Origin: an uncultured virus (IMG/VR IMGVR_UViG_3300027022_000002)
Taxonomy: Duplodnaviria > Heunggongvirae > Uroviricota > Caudoviricetes
IMG/VR virus record: IMGVR_UViG_3300027022_000002
Direction: 5' to 3' (one strand)
DNA: 64,000 nt
Shown: positions 9,429 to 18,852 of the stretch, piece after piece
How positions within the stretch are numbered: position 1 is the stretch's first letter
How the letters are laid out: each line of letters starts with the position of its first letter
The notes under the pieces: model-generated
The model's input: only the letters and a program-made list of their open reading frames with translations
What the model was told of the DNA's origin: nothing
The model's database searches: none
Translations under genes and position numbers: made by a program

Positions 9429-10619
9429 TCATTCCCCTTGTCGTAGCGCGGCCTGGAGCCGCTCGTCGTCGATCGGCGCGGCCGGCTGCGGCCACCCGTA
9501 CCGGTCCCGGTGCCGGGCCACCCAGGCGGCGATCAACGCGGCGGCTTCGTCCGGCCAGCTGCCGGACCGGGCCGACGCGGCGTCCATCCGCGCCTGCGAC
9601 CCGTAGATCCGGTTCCGGTTCGGAAACTCGGTGGGGATCGCCCGGCCGCCTCTCGGCGTCGACCAGTGCACCCACCACGACACGTCACCCGCCCACCGTT
9701 GCCGGGGCCGGCGGGCCTCGTAGCGTTCCAGCGTCAGCTCGACCGGGTAGTCCCCGTCCGGTAGCCGCACGACCGCGCCGGCTTTCGCGACCTCCGTGAC
9801 CTGGTTCTTCCGCGCGCCGAACAGCAGGTCCATCGGGGCAACCGGGCGGCTGCCGTCACGTGCCCGCTGCCCACGGGTGAGTTCACGGCGCGGCTTCTGC
9901 CATCCGTCGCGGGGCATCCACAGCTGCCACCGCAGCCGGCCGCCGCCGACGGACACGGACACCGTCCGCGACTGGTAGGTGTTGTCCCAGTCCGGGTTGA
10001 GCCAGCGCACCACACCCTTGCCGATTTCCTCGGTGTGCAGGTGCAGCGACCCGAGTCGGCCGAGGGAGACGTGGCAGGCGAGGTCGTGTTCCGACCCCCC
10101 GTGACCGACCTTGATCGACGCGCCGACGTTCAGTGCGCTGCGCGGCAGCACCACCAGCTGTCCGCCGAGCACCCCGCGTTGCCAGCGCGGCCACGGGCCG
10201 GGCAGGTAGTGGCGGGGCAGCGACTTCAACGCGGCGAACCGCGCACGCGGCTTGCTCGCGTCCGGTAGCGCGTCGGCGGGCATGAAGTCACCCGGGTAGG
10301 GCAGGCCGATCGCCGGGTAGTGATCCGGGTCGAGGCTGCCCTGCGGAGACGGCCGGACACCGCACCGGCCGCACACCACCCAACGCGCGGCCCTTTCGCC
10401 CAGCCGGGTTGGCCCCGTCCCGTCGACCAGCGGCACATGCCCGGCCAACGCGCACCGTACGGTCAGCCGGGGGACACCGTTCAGCCAGAACCCGACGTTG
10501 ACCTTCGACCGGCTTTCGCTTGAACGCTGCCGGTAGTCGACGTGGTACGTCCAGATCCGCCAGTCGGGGTCAGCTTTCCGCAACAAGTTGTTGATCAACG
10601 GGTGACGCCTTTCGCTCAC
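9429..10619 (-). CDS. Hypothetical protein (CxxC)
   Basis: 396-aa co-oriented ORF with protein-like composition. Confidence 0.6.
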   Translation of the reverse strand: MSERRHPLINNLLRKADPDWRIWTYHVDYRQRSSESRSKVNVGFWLNGVPRLTVRCALAGHVPLVDGTGPTRLGERAARWVVCGRCGVRPSPQGSLDPDHYPAIGLPYPGDFMPADALPDASKPRARFAALKSLPRHYLPGPWPRWQRGVLGGQLVVLPRSALNVGASIKVGHGGSEHDLACHVSLGRLGSLHLHTEEIGKGVVRWLNPDWDNTYQSRTVSVSVGGGRLRWQLWMPRDGWQKPRRELTRGQRARDGSRPVAPMDLLFGARKNQVTEVAKAGAVVRLPDGDYPVELTLERYEARRPRQRWAGDVSWWVHWSTPRGGRAIPTEFPNRNRIYGSQARMDAASARSGSWPDEAAALIAAWVARHRDRYGWPQPAAPIDDERLQAALRQGE

Positions 10620-11322
10620 GGGGAAACGACAGGGGCGTCTGCGCCAGCCGGCCCGCCGCCGTACGGCAGTGCCTCTCGACGACCTCGACGCCGACAGCCC
10701 GGATGCCGAGGTTGCGGGCCGAGACCAGCACCGACCCGGAGCCGGCGAACGGGTCCACGACCAGCTCCGGCCACACCGGCAGAGACCCGGCCACCATCGA
10801 GATCAGGTCTTCGAGCATGTCGACCGGTTTGGCGTGCGGGTGCTGGTATCGGGTGACCGGCCCCGACGCCCCGGCGAGGATGTGCGACCGGGTGCCGAAC
10901 ACGCTGCCCCGCCCGCCCGCGATACCAGTGGGCCACCGCCCGACCAGGTAGATCGCCTCAACGTCGCGGCGGACCCCGGCGGTCGCGCCGCGCGCCCCAG
11001 CGTCGGGCGGCTTGGCGTACACGCACACCTGCCGGGTGCCGGCCGGCGGCGGCAGCATCAGGTCACCGAACACCACGGCGGGACGGTCACCCCATGCGGC
11101 GAGGGCCCGGTCCCGGGTGTCGGTCGAGGAGTCGCCGGCGATCCCCACGGCCCCGTCCGACCTCGACCTCTTCTTCCGCAGGACACCTTGCCGCCAGTTG
11201 CGGCCGTACGGCGGGTCGGTGACCAGCAGCACCGCCGCGCCGGGCCGGGCCCACACGTCGACCAGGTCGAAGCAGTCGCCGTGGTGGACGACGGACTGCC
11301 CGTCGTCGTAGACGACCGTCAC
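10570..11322 (-). CDS. DNA amino-methyltransferase (N6A/N4C, beta class)
   Basis: HGDC, VTDPPYG (motif IV) preceding HPHAKP and VDPFAGSGS (motif I). Confidence 0.9.
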   Translation of the reverse strand: MTVVYDDGQSVVHHGDCFDLVDVWARPGAAVLLVTDPPYGRNWRQGVLRKKRSRSDGAVGIAGDSSTDTRDRALAAWGDRPAVVFGDLMLPPPAGTRQVCVYAKPPDAGARGATAGVRRDVEAIYLVGRWPTGIAGGRGSVFGTRSHILAGASGPVTRYQHPHAKPVDMLEDLISMVAGSLPVWPELVVDPFAGSGSVLVSARNLGIRAVGVEVVERHCRTAAGRLAQTPLSFPRERKASPVDQQLVAES

Positions 11323-13043
11323 CCGTCGCCGGCCGGCGGCCGGTTCCCGGATGCCGGCCGACTCCCGGCCGGCGGCTTGTTCCCGCCTCCGTCGTCGCCG
11401 GGACGCTGCCCGGCCGCGGTCTTCCCGCCGGGCTCGTCGACCTCGACAGGCATGTCCGCTTTCTTGTCCTCGCGGATGCGGTCGACCTCTTCGAGGATCT
11501 CCCACTCTTCCCAGTCCGGGTTGGTCCGCTTGACCCGCTGGTAGAGGCTGATCGCCTCCGCGACGTGCAGCATGCCGAGCACGCGGGCATCGGTTTCGGC
11601 GTCGTCGGCGACACCGTCGGGGAACTGCGCCGACACCCGCAGCCCGGGGTCGGTCAGCAGCTTCCCACCGAAGTGCCGGTCGTAGATCTCCAACCAGGTG
11701 ACGGCGAGCCTGGACAGCGCCGGCCTCGCATAGTTGATCTTCCGCCGTCGGGTGGCGAACGACCGCTTTTCCCGCCGGATCACCTCGGTGGCGGTCGCCT
11801 CCACCCCGTCGCCGCCCTCACCGAACGACTGCACGCTGTAGCCGGCGGCCCGCACCGTCGCAGCGGTCAACGCCTCACAGGTGGCCTGGTGCTCGGCGAC
11901 CCGGATCGTGAACTGGACGTTGTGGATGTCCATGCCGCCGTCGGCGCGGGGCAGCGCCTCCAGCTGCTCGTACACCTCCTGCTCGGGGTCGAAGATCGCC
12001 CCCTTGCCCCGGCCCCGGTTCCGCAGGTACGCGGCGGGCACGATCAGCCGCGCCTTGCCGTGCCGCAGGTCCCGCATCCACGACGTCCACGCCTCGTCGA
12101 GCGCGTCCAACCCCTGGTCAACGCCGCCGTCGTAGTCGGAGCCGCCGAGCGGCGACCCCGGCAGGCTAAGGTTCGGCCGCATGTTCGGCAGGTACTCGAC
12201 GGCCAGCCGGCGGGCCCCGGTGACGATCGTCCCGAAAGCGTCGGTCGCCGGTGCGTGTACGGCCGTTTCCGGGTGCTTGGTCAGCTGCTGCCGCTCACCA
12301 AGGTTGCCGTCTTCCCCCCGGTACAGCCCGTGGATGATCACCCCGAACGGGTTGCCGCCGGTCAGGCTGCCCCGGGTCTCGTGCCGTTCCAGATGCCACC
12401 AGGTGCTGCCGGTCTTGTCTCCGGCGAGGGCGGGCAGCTTCCGCCAGAACGTCACCGCCGCCAGGTAGCCGGACCGCCACTCCGGCACCGCCCGGTCGGG
12501 CAGGATCGGCGTCACGATCGGATGGTCGGCGACGACCTTGTCCCACGTGATCCGCAGGTACACGCCGCCGTACGCCGCCGCGACCTCGGCCGCTTCCAGC
12601 AGCTGCGCGTGCAACCCGGCTTCTTGCATCGCCCACTTCAGCCGCCGCTGCGCCGGGTGCGGCTGCTTCAGCACATCCGACCTGGTGGGGTCCTTACGTC
12701 GCGGCGTCTCGTCGTGGTCGGATGCGACGACCAGTTCCGGCGCTTCGCCCATCAGCAGGTTCGCCGACGTGGCCGCGATGTCGTGCGCCAGCGGAATGTG
12801 CAGCCGGGCCTGCCTGAGCGCGTTGGGCTGCTCCGGGTTGCCCCAGAAGAACCGGGCCCGGAACCGGGACAGCAGACCCCGCTCCGGTACCGGCTTCGGG
12901 TCCACGGTGGCGATCGCGTTGTTGTAGACGATCGCCAGCTCCGAGGTGTCGCCCCGGTACCAGGCCGACCAGCGCCGGTAGCACTCCCGTGGATCCTCGG
13001 TCGACGTGGGCGGCCAGTCGGACCGGTCGGGTGGCAGCGGCAC
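11319..13043 (-). CDS. Portal protein (SPP1/A118-like)
   Basis: 574 aa near TerL. LHIPLAHDIA..SA.LL, LG.SDY, LDEAWTSWMRDLR.GK and TATEV motifs. Confidence 0.85.
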   Translation of the reverse strand: MPLPPDRSDWPPTSTEDPRECYRRWSAWYRGDTSELAIVYNNAIATVDPKPVPERGLLSRFRARFFWGNPEQPNALRQARLHIPLAHDIAATSANLLMGEAPELVVASDHDETPRRKDPTRSDVLKQPHPAQRRLKWAMQEAGLHAQLLEAAEVAAAYGGVYLRITWDKVVADHPIVTPILPDRAVPEWRSGYLAAVTFWRKLPALAGDKTGSTWWHLERHETRGSLTGGNPFGVIIHGLYRGEDGNLGERQQLTKHPETAVHAPATDAFGTIVTGARRLAVEYLPNMRPNLSLPGSPLGGSDYDGGVDQGLDALDEAWTSWMRDLRHGKARLIVPAAYLRNRGRGKGAIFDPEQEVYEQLEALPRADGGMDIHNVQFTIRVAEHQATCEALTAATVRAAGYSVQSFGEGGDGVEATATEVIRREKRSFATRRRKINYARPALSRLAVTWLEIYDRHFGGKLLTDPGLRVSAQFPDGVADDAETDARVLGMLHVAEAISLYQRVKRTNPDWEEWEILEEVDRIREDKKADMPVEVDEPGGKTAAGQRPGDDGGGNKPPAGSRPASGNRPPAGDG

Positions 13044-13046
13044 CGG

Positions 13047-13274
13047 TCAGCCCCGCCGCTTCTCGTGGCCCGGCTTGTGGCCGGTCGCGGTCAGGTGCAG
13101 CCGGTAGCACCAGCCGCCGATCATCCGCTGCGGCATCTTGCCCCGGTAGAACCTCATACAGCGGGTCATGTCGTGGTCGGTGCCCCACCGGAAGTGCCGG
13201 GCTGCTTCGGGGGAGAGCGCCCACGCCCGTAGCCGCTCGACGGCGGCCTTCTGCTGCGGCGTCTTCGCCACCAT
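13047..13274 (-). CDS. Small Cys/His protein
   Basis: FRWGTDHDMTRC...GWCYRLH..ATG, GGAG RBS. Confidence 0.6.
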   Translation of the reverse strand: MVAKTPQQKAAVERLRAWALSPEAARHFRWGTDHDMTRCMRFYRGKMPQRMIGGWCYRLHLTATGHKPGHEKRRG

Positions 13275-13297
13275 GGACGCTCCCTCCCCTCCGGTCG

Positions 13298-13615
13298 CTA
13301 GTTCAGTTGGGCGCGTTTCGACCCGGGCACCTGCGGCTGGGTCGGTTTCCCACCGTCGGTGCCGGTGGGCGGCAGGATCGTGCTGGGCCGGTCGGCGAGC
13401 GCCGTCACCAGCTGCCGGTAGCCGTCGGCGATCTCCACCAGCGCGGCGATCCGCCGGGCGGCCTGGCACGGCACCCCCGGGTCGTCGCCGGTCGGGACGA
13501 TCACCTCGTCGACCAGCTCTTGGGCGTCGGCCAGGGCGTTGTGGGCGGCCAGCGCCGCCCCGTACGCCAGTTCGGCCGCTGACGGCTCCTGCGGGGTGTC
13601 TTCTTCATCGGCCAC
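13298..13615 (-). CDS. Hypothetical protein
   Basis: Co-oriented ORF with GAGGAGG RBS. Confidence 0.55.
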   Translation of the reverse strand: MADEEDTPQEPSAAELAYGAALAAHNALADAQELVDEVIVPTGDDPGVPCQAARRIAALVEIADGYRQLVTALADRPSTILPPTGTDGGKPTQPQVPGSKRAQLN

Positions 13616-13653
13616 GTCGGGCCCTCCTCATTTCTCGGGGCGAAAGAACCTGG

Positions 13654-14946
13654 TCAGGCGGCCAGGTCGAACAGCGGCTCCCGCAGCCGGCCGGACCAGA
13701 CGGCCGCGGTCGTGCGGGCGACGTAGCGGACGGCGTCCAACGCGTGGTCGTTGACCGGCAGCGGCGCGTCCTCGCCCTTCTCCGCTTTGTCCGCGTCCCA
13801 GCTGTAGCCGGGAATCTCGTCGATGAACCCCTGGCAGGACTTGTGGACCCGGAACCGGTCGGTGGCGATCAGCGACCCCAGCTGCCGGATGCCGGGCATC
13901 ACCGCGTTGTCCGCCAGTACGGACTGGATGCCGTAGCCGAGCAACGCGGTCCGCATCGACGCCGCCGACGGGTCCATGACGACCCAGCCCGGTTCGACGC
14001 CACGCTGCCCGCCCGGTTGGGGGATGCTCCGCAGCCACCGTTTGACCTGTTCGGCGTACTCGGCGTCGGACAGCTCCCGCCGTTTCACCTTCGAGTCGTA
14101 GTACCACTCGCCGGCCAGGTAGAGGCGTCCGTCGCCGCCTAGGGCGAGGAGTTCGGCCGCGAACGGGTTGACGGTGCCGTAGTCGATACCGACGCCGATC
14201 CAGTCGCTGATCGGCGGCAACTCGTCAACGACGTGCCGGTCCGGGTTCCACGCGGAGTAGACCGCGCCTTCGGCGAGGCACCAGCGGCCGAGGATGAACC
14301 GGTCGTAGAACAGGCCGGTGTACTCGGCTTTCAGTGACTGCACGTAGGACGGGGTCAGCGACGGGTTGTCATCCAGGGTGAAGTGCCACTGCCGCATGTT
14401 CAGCTGCCGGTTGAGCATGAACCGGCGGCGCAGCCAGTGCATCGGCCCGTCGGGGTTGGTGGTGGCCAGCAGCTTCGCCCCGGGCACCCGCAGCCGGGAC
14501 AGGCACATCGTGAAGAACGACTCCGGGATCAGCGTCGCCTCGTCGATGTAGATCAGGGCGGCGGTCGCACCCCGGATGCGGCCTTCGGCGAGGACGTCGT
14601 TAGCGCCGACCAGGTAGACGGTGCGGCCGAACACCTTCGCCCGGTTCGCGCCCTGCGTGTAGGTGATGAACCGCGACACCGGCCCGAACGGTCCGAACGG
14701 CTGCGTCAGCGGCTCCATGATGTTCCGGCCGACCGTGTCCAGGGTGCGGCCGACGATGAACACCAGCCCGTTCTCCGGGGCGCGGGCGACGGCGAACAGG
14801 AACGCCATCAGCGAGGCGATGGTTTTCCCGGACGACACGGCACCGGACCACAGGTTGATCCGGGCGTTGCACTCCATGATCGACCGGATTTGTTTGCGGG
14901 ACATGACCCGGCACACCGCGTCCAGGTTGAACGGGGGGTCAGCCAC
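13654..14946 (-). CDS. terL: Terminase large subunit (PBSX-like)
   Basis: Walker A GAVSSGKT, Walker B YIDE, TTNP coupling motif, nuclease IDYG...DPSA...NDHALDAVRY. Confidence 0.95.
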   Translation of the reverse strand: MADPPFNLDAVCRVMSRKQIRSIMECNARINLWSGAVSSGKTIASLMAFLFAVARAPENGLVFIVGRTLDTVGRNIMEPLTQPFGPFGPVSRFITYTQGANRAKVFGRTVYLVGANDVLAEGRIRGATAALIYIDEATLIPESFFTMCLSRLRVPGAKLLATTNPDGPMHWLRRRFMLNRQLNMRQWHFTLDDNPSLTPSYVQSLKAEYTGLFYDRFILGRWCLAEGAVYSAWNPDRHVVDELPPISDWIGVGIDYGTVNPFAAELLALGGDGRLYLAGEWYYDSKVKRRELSDAEYAEQVKRWLRSIPQPGGQRGVEPGWVVMDPSAASMRTALLGYGIQSVLADNAVMPGIRQLGSLIATDRFRVHKSCQGFIDEIPGYSWDADKAEKGEDAPLPVNDHALDAVRYVARTTAAVWSGRLREPLFDLAA

Positions 14947-15520
14947 CGCCGCCCCCGAGACCATCACCGGCGGTGGCTTCCCCGCTGGCCGGGCGGTCTG
15001 CCCCCGTGGCACCGGCCGCGTCCTCTGCGACGATCTGGTAGTAGGCCAGCTGCATCGCGCCAAACAGGTCGTTCATCATCGTCTTCGCGCCGGCCGCGCC
15101 GCCGTCGGCGTCGACCTTCTCCAGGTCGACCGCCTTGGTCAGCGCCGACGTGACGAACCCCATCGCCGACTGCTGGTCCCGGATCGGCGGCAGCTTCGTC
15201 GTCACGAACTCCGGCCCGGCGGGGCCGGTGATGACCTGCGTGTACGGCGACCACATGCGTTCCCGCATCGCCTGCGCGTCGCTGTACAGGTCCTCGATGA
15301 GCCGACGCCGGGCCTGCCGGGCGTCGAACTCGGCCGCCGCCGTCGCCGCCTCCGTGTGGGTGCGGTCGAACGCGTCGACCAGGCCGGCGTCACGGGCCAG
15401 TTTCGTCACCGTCGACGCCGACACCCCGTGTTTGCGGGCGATGGCGTTACGGGACATGCCGCCGGCTCGTACGTCGGCGAGGATCTGTTCACGTACCTGT
15501 TCGGGGATCGGCTTCGGCAC
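14939..15520 (-). CDS. Terminase small subunit, HTH type
   Basis: N-terminal HTH (MSRNAIARKHGVSASTVTK), overlaps the terL start. Confidence 0.75.
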   Translation of the reverse strand: MPKPIPEQVREQILADVRAGGMSRNAIARKHGVSASTVTKLARDAGLVDAFDRTHTEAATAAAEFDARQARRRLIEDLYSDAQAMRERMWSPYTQVITGPAGPEFVTTKLPPIRDQQSAMGFVTSALTKAVDLEKVDADGGAAGAKTMMNDLFGAMQLAYYQIVAEDAAGATGADRPASGEATAGDGLGGGGG

Positions 15521-15629
15521 GCTCGACCCCCCCGACGGTGCAGGGCCGGCGCTACCGTCGCCGTGGCGACCCGATGCCCGACCGGGACGATCCGCGACGC
15601 CCGGCCGCGGCCTTACTCAATGGGTGTGG

Positions 15630-16061
15630 TTACTGCTCGACCAGGTGCGGGATGCCGCCGTCACGGCGGCCCGGCGCGGGTCGTTGCGGCCGGTCGGCGG
15701 GGGTGAGCCCGAACTTCGCCGACCAGCGGGCCACGGACGCCTCCTGCGCGTTCCGTACCCGCAACGCCGGGTTCTCCACGACCCTGCCGCCGTCGGTGAT
15801 GATCAGCCCCGCCGACGTCAGGAACTCGTCCGCCTGTTGGTAGGCGGCCAGCGCGTTGCACAACATCACGAACGCCGGCACGTCGGCCGGTGTCAGCGGC
15901 TCCGGCAGCACGGGCAGCAGCCGGTCCCACTGTTCGCGGGCCGCGTCGGACAGGTCGCCGGGTGGTTCCACCTCGGCGGGCGGGTCGGGGACGGCGGGCT
16001 CGGCCTGTGGGATCGAGCCGCCGTCCCCGACGATCCGGAGCCGACGCGTGCTGACGCTCAC
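15630..16061 (-). CDS. P27-family terminase small subunit
   Basis: PP.DLSDAAREQW...D...F.MLC...G.IIT...ENPA...FGLTPADR signature. Confidence 0.85.
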   Translation of the reverse strand: MSVSTRRLRIVGDGGSIPQAEPAVPDPPAEVEPPGDLSDAAREQWDRLLPVLPEPLTPADVPAFVMLCNALAAYQQADEFLTSAGLIITDGGRVVENPALRVRNAQEASVARWSAKFGLTPADRPQRPAPGRRDGGIPHLVEQ

Positions 16062-16065
16062 TCGC

Positions 16066-16260
16066 CTACGAGTTGGCGGTGGACGACCGCGCGACGGCCT
16101 GCGCCCGGCGACGGCGGGCGGTACGCGGGGACAGACCCTGCCGGATCGCCCGCTGGTACGCCCGGGTGCCCTGCGCCCGGTCGACGGGACGCGCGGCGGC
16201 GGTTGCCCGGCCGGCGGCCCGCGAAGCGGCGGACCGGTTGGCCCGCGAACGACGGTTCAT
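16066..16260 (-). CDS. Small Arg/Ala-rich basic peptide
   Basis: AAGGAG RBS, 64 aa, MNRRSRANRS...SSTANS. Confidence 0.6.
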   Translation of the reverse strand: MNRRSRANRSAASRAAGRATAAARPVDRAQGTRAYQRAIRQGLSPRTARRRRAQAVARSSTANS

Positions 16261-16274
16261 GGCGTGCTCCTTCC

Positions 16275-16997
16275 TCAGATGGTGACTCCCAGCCGCTCGG
16301 CGGCCGTGTGGCCGTCGAGGTACTTGTCGCCGTGCTCCCACAACCCGGCGCGGGACAGGAACTCGTCCTTGTCCGCGCGGGTGCAGAACACCAGCACCGC
16401 GTAGTGCGGGCTGCCGGCGTGGTCTTCGACCGGGGCGTCTGGCGGCTGGTCGACGCCGTCGAACAGCCGCATCAGGTGGGCCGATTCGGCGTACGAGTCA
16501 CCTTCGAGGTCGCCGGGGTAGTCGATGTCATCGAACAGCGACGGTTCGTCGCCGAAGAAGTCGGCGACGTCGTCGGCCGCGACCGCAGCACCGGCCATCA
16601 TCTCCGGGGTGATCTGGCCGACCCGGGCGGGCTCGCCAGGCGCGCCGGTCGGGGCCTCGGTGCCGTCGACCGGGATGCCGAACCGGTCGGCGAACAGGTA
16701 GCCGTCGAGCCAGCGGCGGCCCAGCTGGTCGTCCCCGGGGATGCCGACCACGCCGAGGAACGCGTCCAGGTCGGCGGCGGTCGCGAAGCCGAGGGTGCAC
16801 CAGAACTCGCTGTCGGTGATGATCAGCATGTTTCGGCGTTCCGCTTCGGCCCGACGCCGGAACGCGGCCTGTTCGGCGGTGAGGTCGTCGGGCACGTCGA
16901 GCTTGCCCGCCTTCGCGGGCCGGGACCGGTCCGGGCCCGACTTGGCGGCGGCGCGCATCTGCGCGGCCAGGTCGGCGGGAGACACCTTGCCGGGCAT
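16275..16997 (-). CDS. Hypothetical protein with internally duplicated DSEFW-type domain
   Basis: DSEFWCTLGF..AADLDAFL...RWLDG..FADRFG is paralleled by GSPHYAVLVF..RADKDEFL...KYLDG..AAERLG. Confidence 0.7.
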   Translation of the reverse strand: MPGKVSPADLAAQMRAAAKSGPDRSRPAKAGKLDVPDDLTAEQAAFRRRAEAERRNMLIITDSEFWCTLGFATAADLDAFLGVVGIPGDDQLGRRWLDGYLFADRFGIPVDGTEAPTGAPGEPARVGQITPEMMAGAAVAADDVADFFGDEPSLFDDIDYPGDLEGDSYAESAHLMRLFDGVDQPPDAPVEDHAGSPHYAVLVFCTRADKDEFLSRAGLWEHGDKYLDGHTAAERLGVTI

Positions 16998-17812
16998 CAC
17001 ATGTCCTTCGCGGAGACGTTCGGCACCGGCCGGGACAGCCGGTAGCGCATCTGCTCGGCGGGCAGCAGCGGGAACCAGGCCCGCATCACCTCGTAGTCGG
17101 CCGGCGAGTGCTTCGCCAGCTGGCCGGTGTACTGGTGGTGCAGCCCGTCGAACGTTCGTTTGAACCACTGGTAGTCCGGTGGCAGGTCGACTCCGGCGTC
17201 TGCGATCGCGGCGCGGACGTGGCTGATGCGCCAGTCCCACACGAGGTGGATCAGCCGCTCTTTCTCGTTGACCGGCCCGTAGACGGTCAACGCCCGACGG
17301 CGGTTGGGGGTGTCGGCGGCGCGTACGCCGTCGACCGCCCAGGTGTCTTCGGGGATGCCGAACTCTGCGCGGATCCACCGGTTCAGCTCGAAGTAGTCGG
17401 CGGCGGCGATGCCGGCGGCTTCGATGGTGTCGGCCCGGTGTGCGGGCTGGAACACCATGTTGTCGAGCTGCCGCCAGAAGTGTGGCGAGGGTACGCGGAT
17501 GATGCGGCGGCCGAACCATTCGTCCCACCGGGCCAGGTCGCGTTCCACGTAGGGCAGTTTCGGGCCGACCCATCGGTAGAAGGGGTAGATGTCGACGCCG
17601 GCCGCGCGTAGGGCGAGCGCTGCGGCTATCGCGTCCTTGCCACGGCTGAAGGCGAGTAGTGCTCGCGGGCGGGGTTGCCCTGGTGTGGATGTGAAGTGGT
17701 GCGCGATGAGGTCTGCTGACGATGGCCTGTCGGGCATCGTCGTGTAGTTCTGCCCTGCCAGCTCTCGTATGCGCGCGCGGTAGGTGCTGTAACTCGAGTT
17801 TTCGTGAGGCAC
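16997..17812 (-). CDS. PP-loop (adenine nucleotide alpha-hydrolase/PAPS-reductase-like) enzyme
   Basis: LLAFSRGKDAIA PP-loop, DGVRAADT.NRR, DYQWF.RTFDG; strong GGAGGTGA RBS before GTG 17812. Confidence 0.8.
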   Translation of the reverse strand: MPHENSSYSTYRARIRELAGQNYTTMPDRPSSADLIAHHFTSTPGQPRPRALLAFSRGKDAIAAALALRAAGVDIYPFYRWVGPKLPYVERDLARWDEWFGRRIIRVPSPHFWRQLDNMVFQPAHRADTIEAAGIAAADYFELNRWIRAEFGIPEDTWAVDGVRAADTPNRRRALTVYGPVNEKERLIHLVWDWRISHVRAAIADAGVDLPPDYQWFKRTFDGLHHQYTGQLAKHSPADYEVMRAWFPLLPAEQMRYRLSRPVPNVSAKDM

Positions 17813-17851
17813 GCTCACCTCCCTATGTGTGACGTACGCCACATTCGCGGT

Positions 17852-17885
17852 TTGCATTGACTCAATGCAAGTCATGGCGTAACGT
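17852..17885 (+). promoter_or_regulatory. Sigma70/HrdB-type promoter with palindromic operator
   Basis: TTGACT-N17-TAACGT. The palindrome TTGCATTGA-C-TCAATGCAA overlaps the -35. Confidence 0.75.
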
Positions 17886-17927
17886 TCGGCATGTCAGCAA
17901 CAGCATCGCACACCAGGGGGAAACGAC

Positions 17928-18401
17928 ATGAGCGCCACCACTCGCAAGCGCAACCTGATCGTCAGCGCACCCATCCCCGTCGCGGAGATCAACCACGACG
18001 TCTTGACCAGGCTCGCGGCACTGGCGCGCACCAGCTTCGACATCAATGGCGGATACGTCGCCATGGGCGACATCGGCGCGGTGGTCAGCGGCAACATGAA
18101 CGACCCTTGGGTTGAGTTCGGCGACCACGGCCACCACTACGGCGAGACCTTCGAGGTCGGCGCACAGGAGCTGATCGACGCTGCGTACACGATTCGCGAC
18201 CTGGTCGCAGACATCGACGCCACGTACACGCTGGCGCTGGTCGGTCACGGGGACGCGCGTTGCCTGACCATCGCCAGCGGCAGCTACGTCACGACGGTCA
18301 AGGTCGTCACGGTCGACGTCGCGACGCTGGCACGTGAGGTCCACGAGCGTTGGCTGGCCAGCGACGACGCGATCATGGCGGAAATCGACCCCAACCACTG
18401 A
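17928..18401 (+). CDS. Hypothetical protein
   Basis: First gene of the plus-strand cassette, AGGGGG RBS. Confidence 0.65.
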   Translation: MSATTRKRNLIVSAPIPVAEINHDVLTRLAALARTSFDINGGYVAMGDIGAVVSGNMNDPWVEFGDHGHHYGETFEVGAQELIDAAYTIRDLVADIDATYTLALVGHGDARCLTIASGSYVTTVKVVTVDVATLAREVHERWLASDDAIMAEIDPNH

Positions 18402-18436
18402 CCAGCGGACAACGAAGCGCGAGAGGAGCGAGAGTC

Positions 18437-18850
18437 ATGAAGGCGGACATCGGCAAGCGGGAAGAACGTGAGCTGGCGCTCATCGTGGCTCTCGCGCCTC
18501 GCGACATCGACGAGCTGTTGCGACTGGCGGACAGGGCGCAGCGGCACGGACTGCAGGTCAACCTGCACAGGATGGGCGCTGACGCGCTGACCATCGGCAG
18601 GCACGTTTTCGTAGCGGCTGGCATGTGCTGGCGCTACGTCGACGGGGACCTTCCCGGCAAGCGTGGCGAGCGTGGCGCGTACGTCGACGCACAGGCGTTG
18701 GCACAGGCACTGCGGGAAGCGCGCACGCTCTCTGGCATCAACACGCACGTACGGCTGTCGCACGGCTATGGCTGCGTTGTCGTAGCGAGCGACGAAACCA
18801 CTACGCGCGTCGATGCTGTGATCGACTACAACGAGCAGGAATGGAACTAG
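18437..18850 (+). CDS. Hypothetical protein
   Basis: AGGAG RBS, MKADIGKREE... Confidence 0.6.
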   Translation: MKADIGKREERELALIVALAPRDIDELLRLADRAQRHGLQVNLHRMGADALTIGRHVFVAAGMCWRYVDGDLPGKRGERGAYVDAQALAQALREARTLSGINTHVRLSHGYGCVVVASDETTTRVDAVIDYNEQEWN

Positions 18851-18852
18851 CC

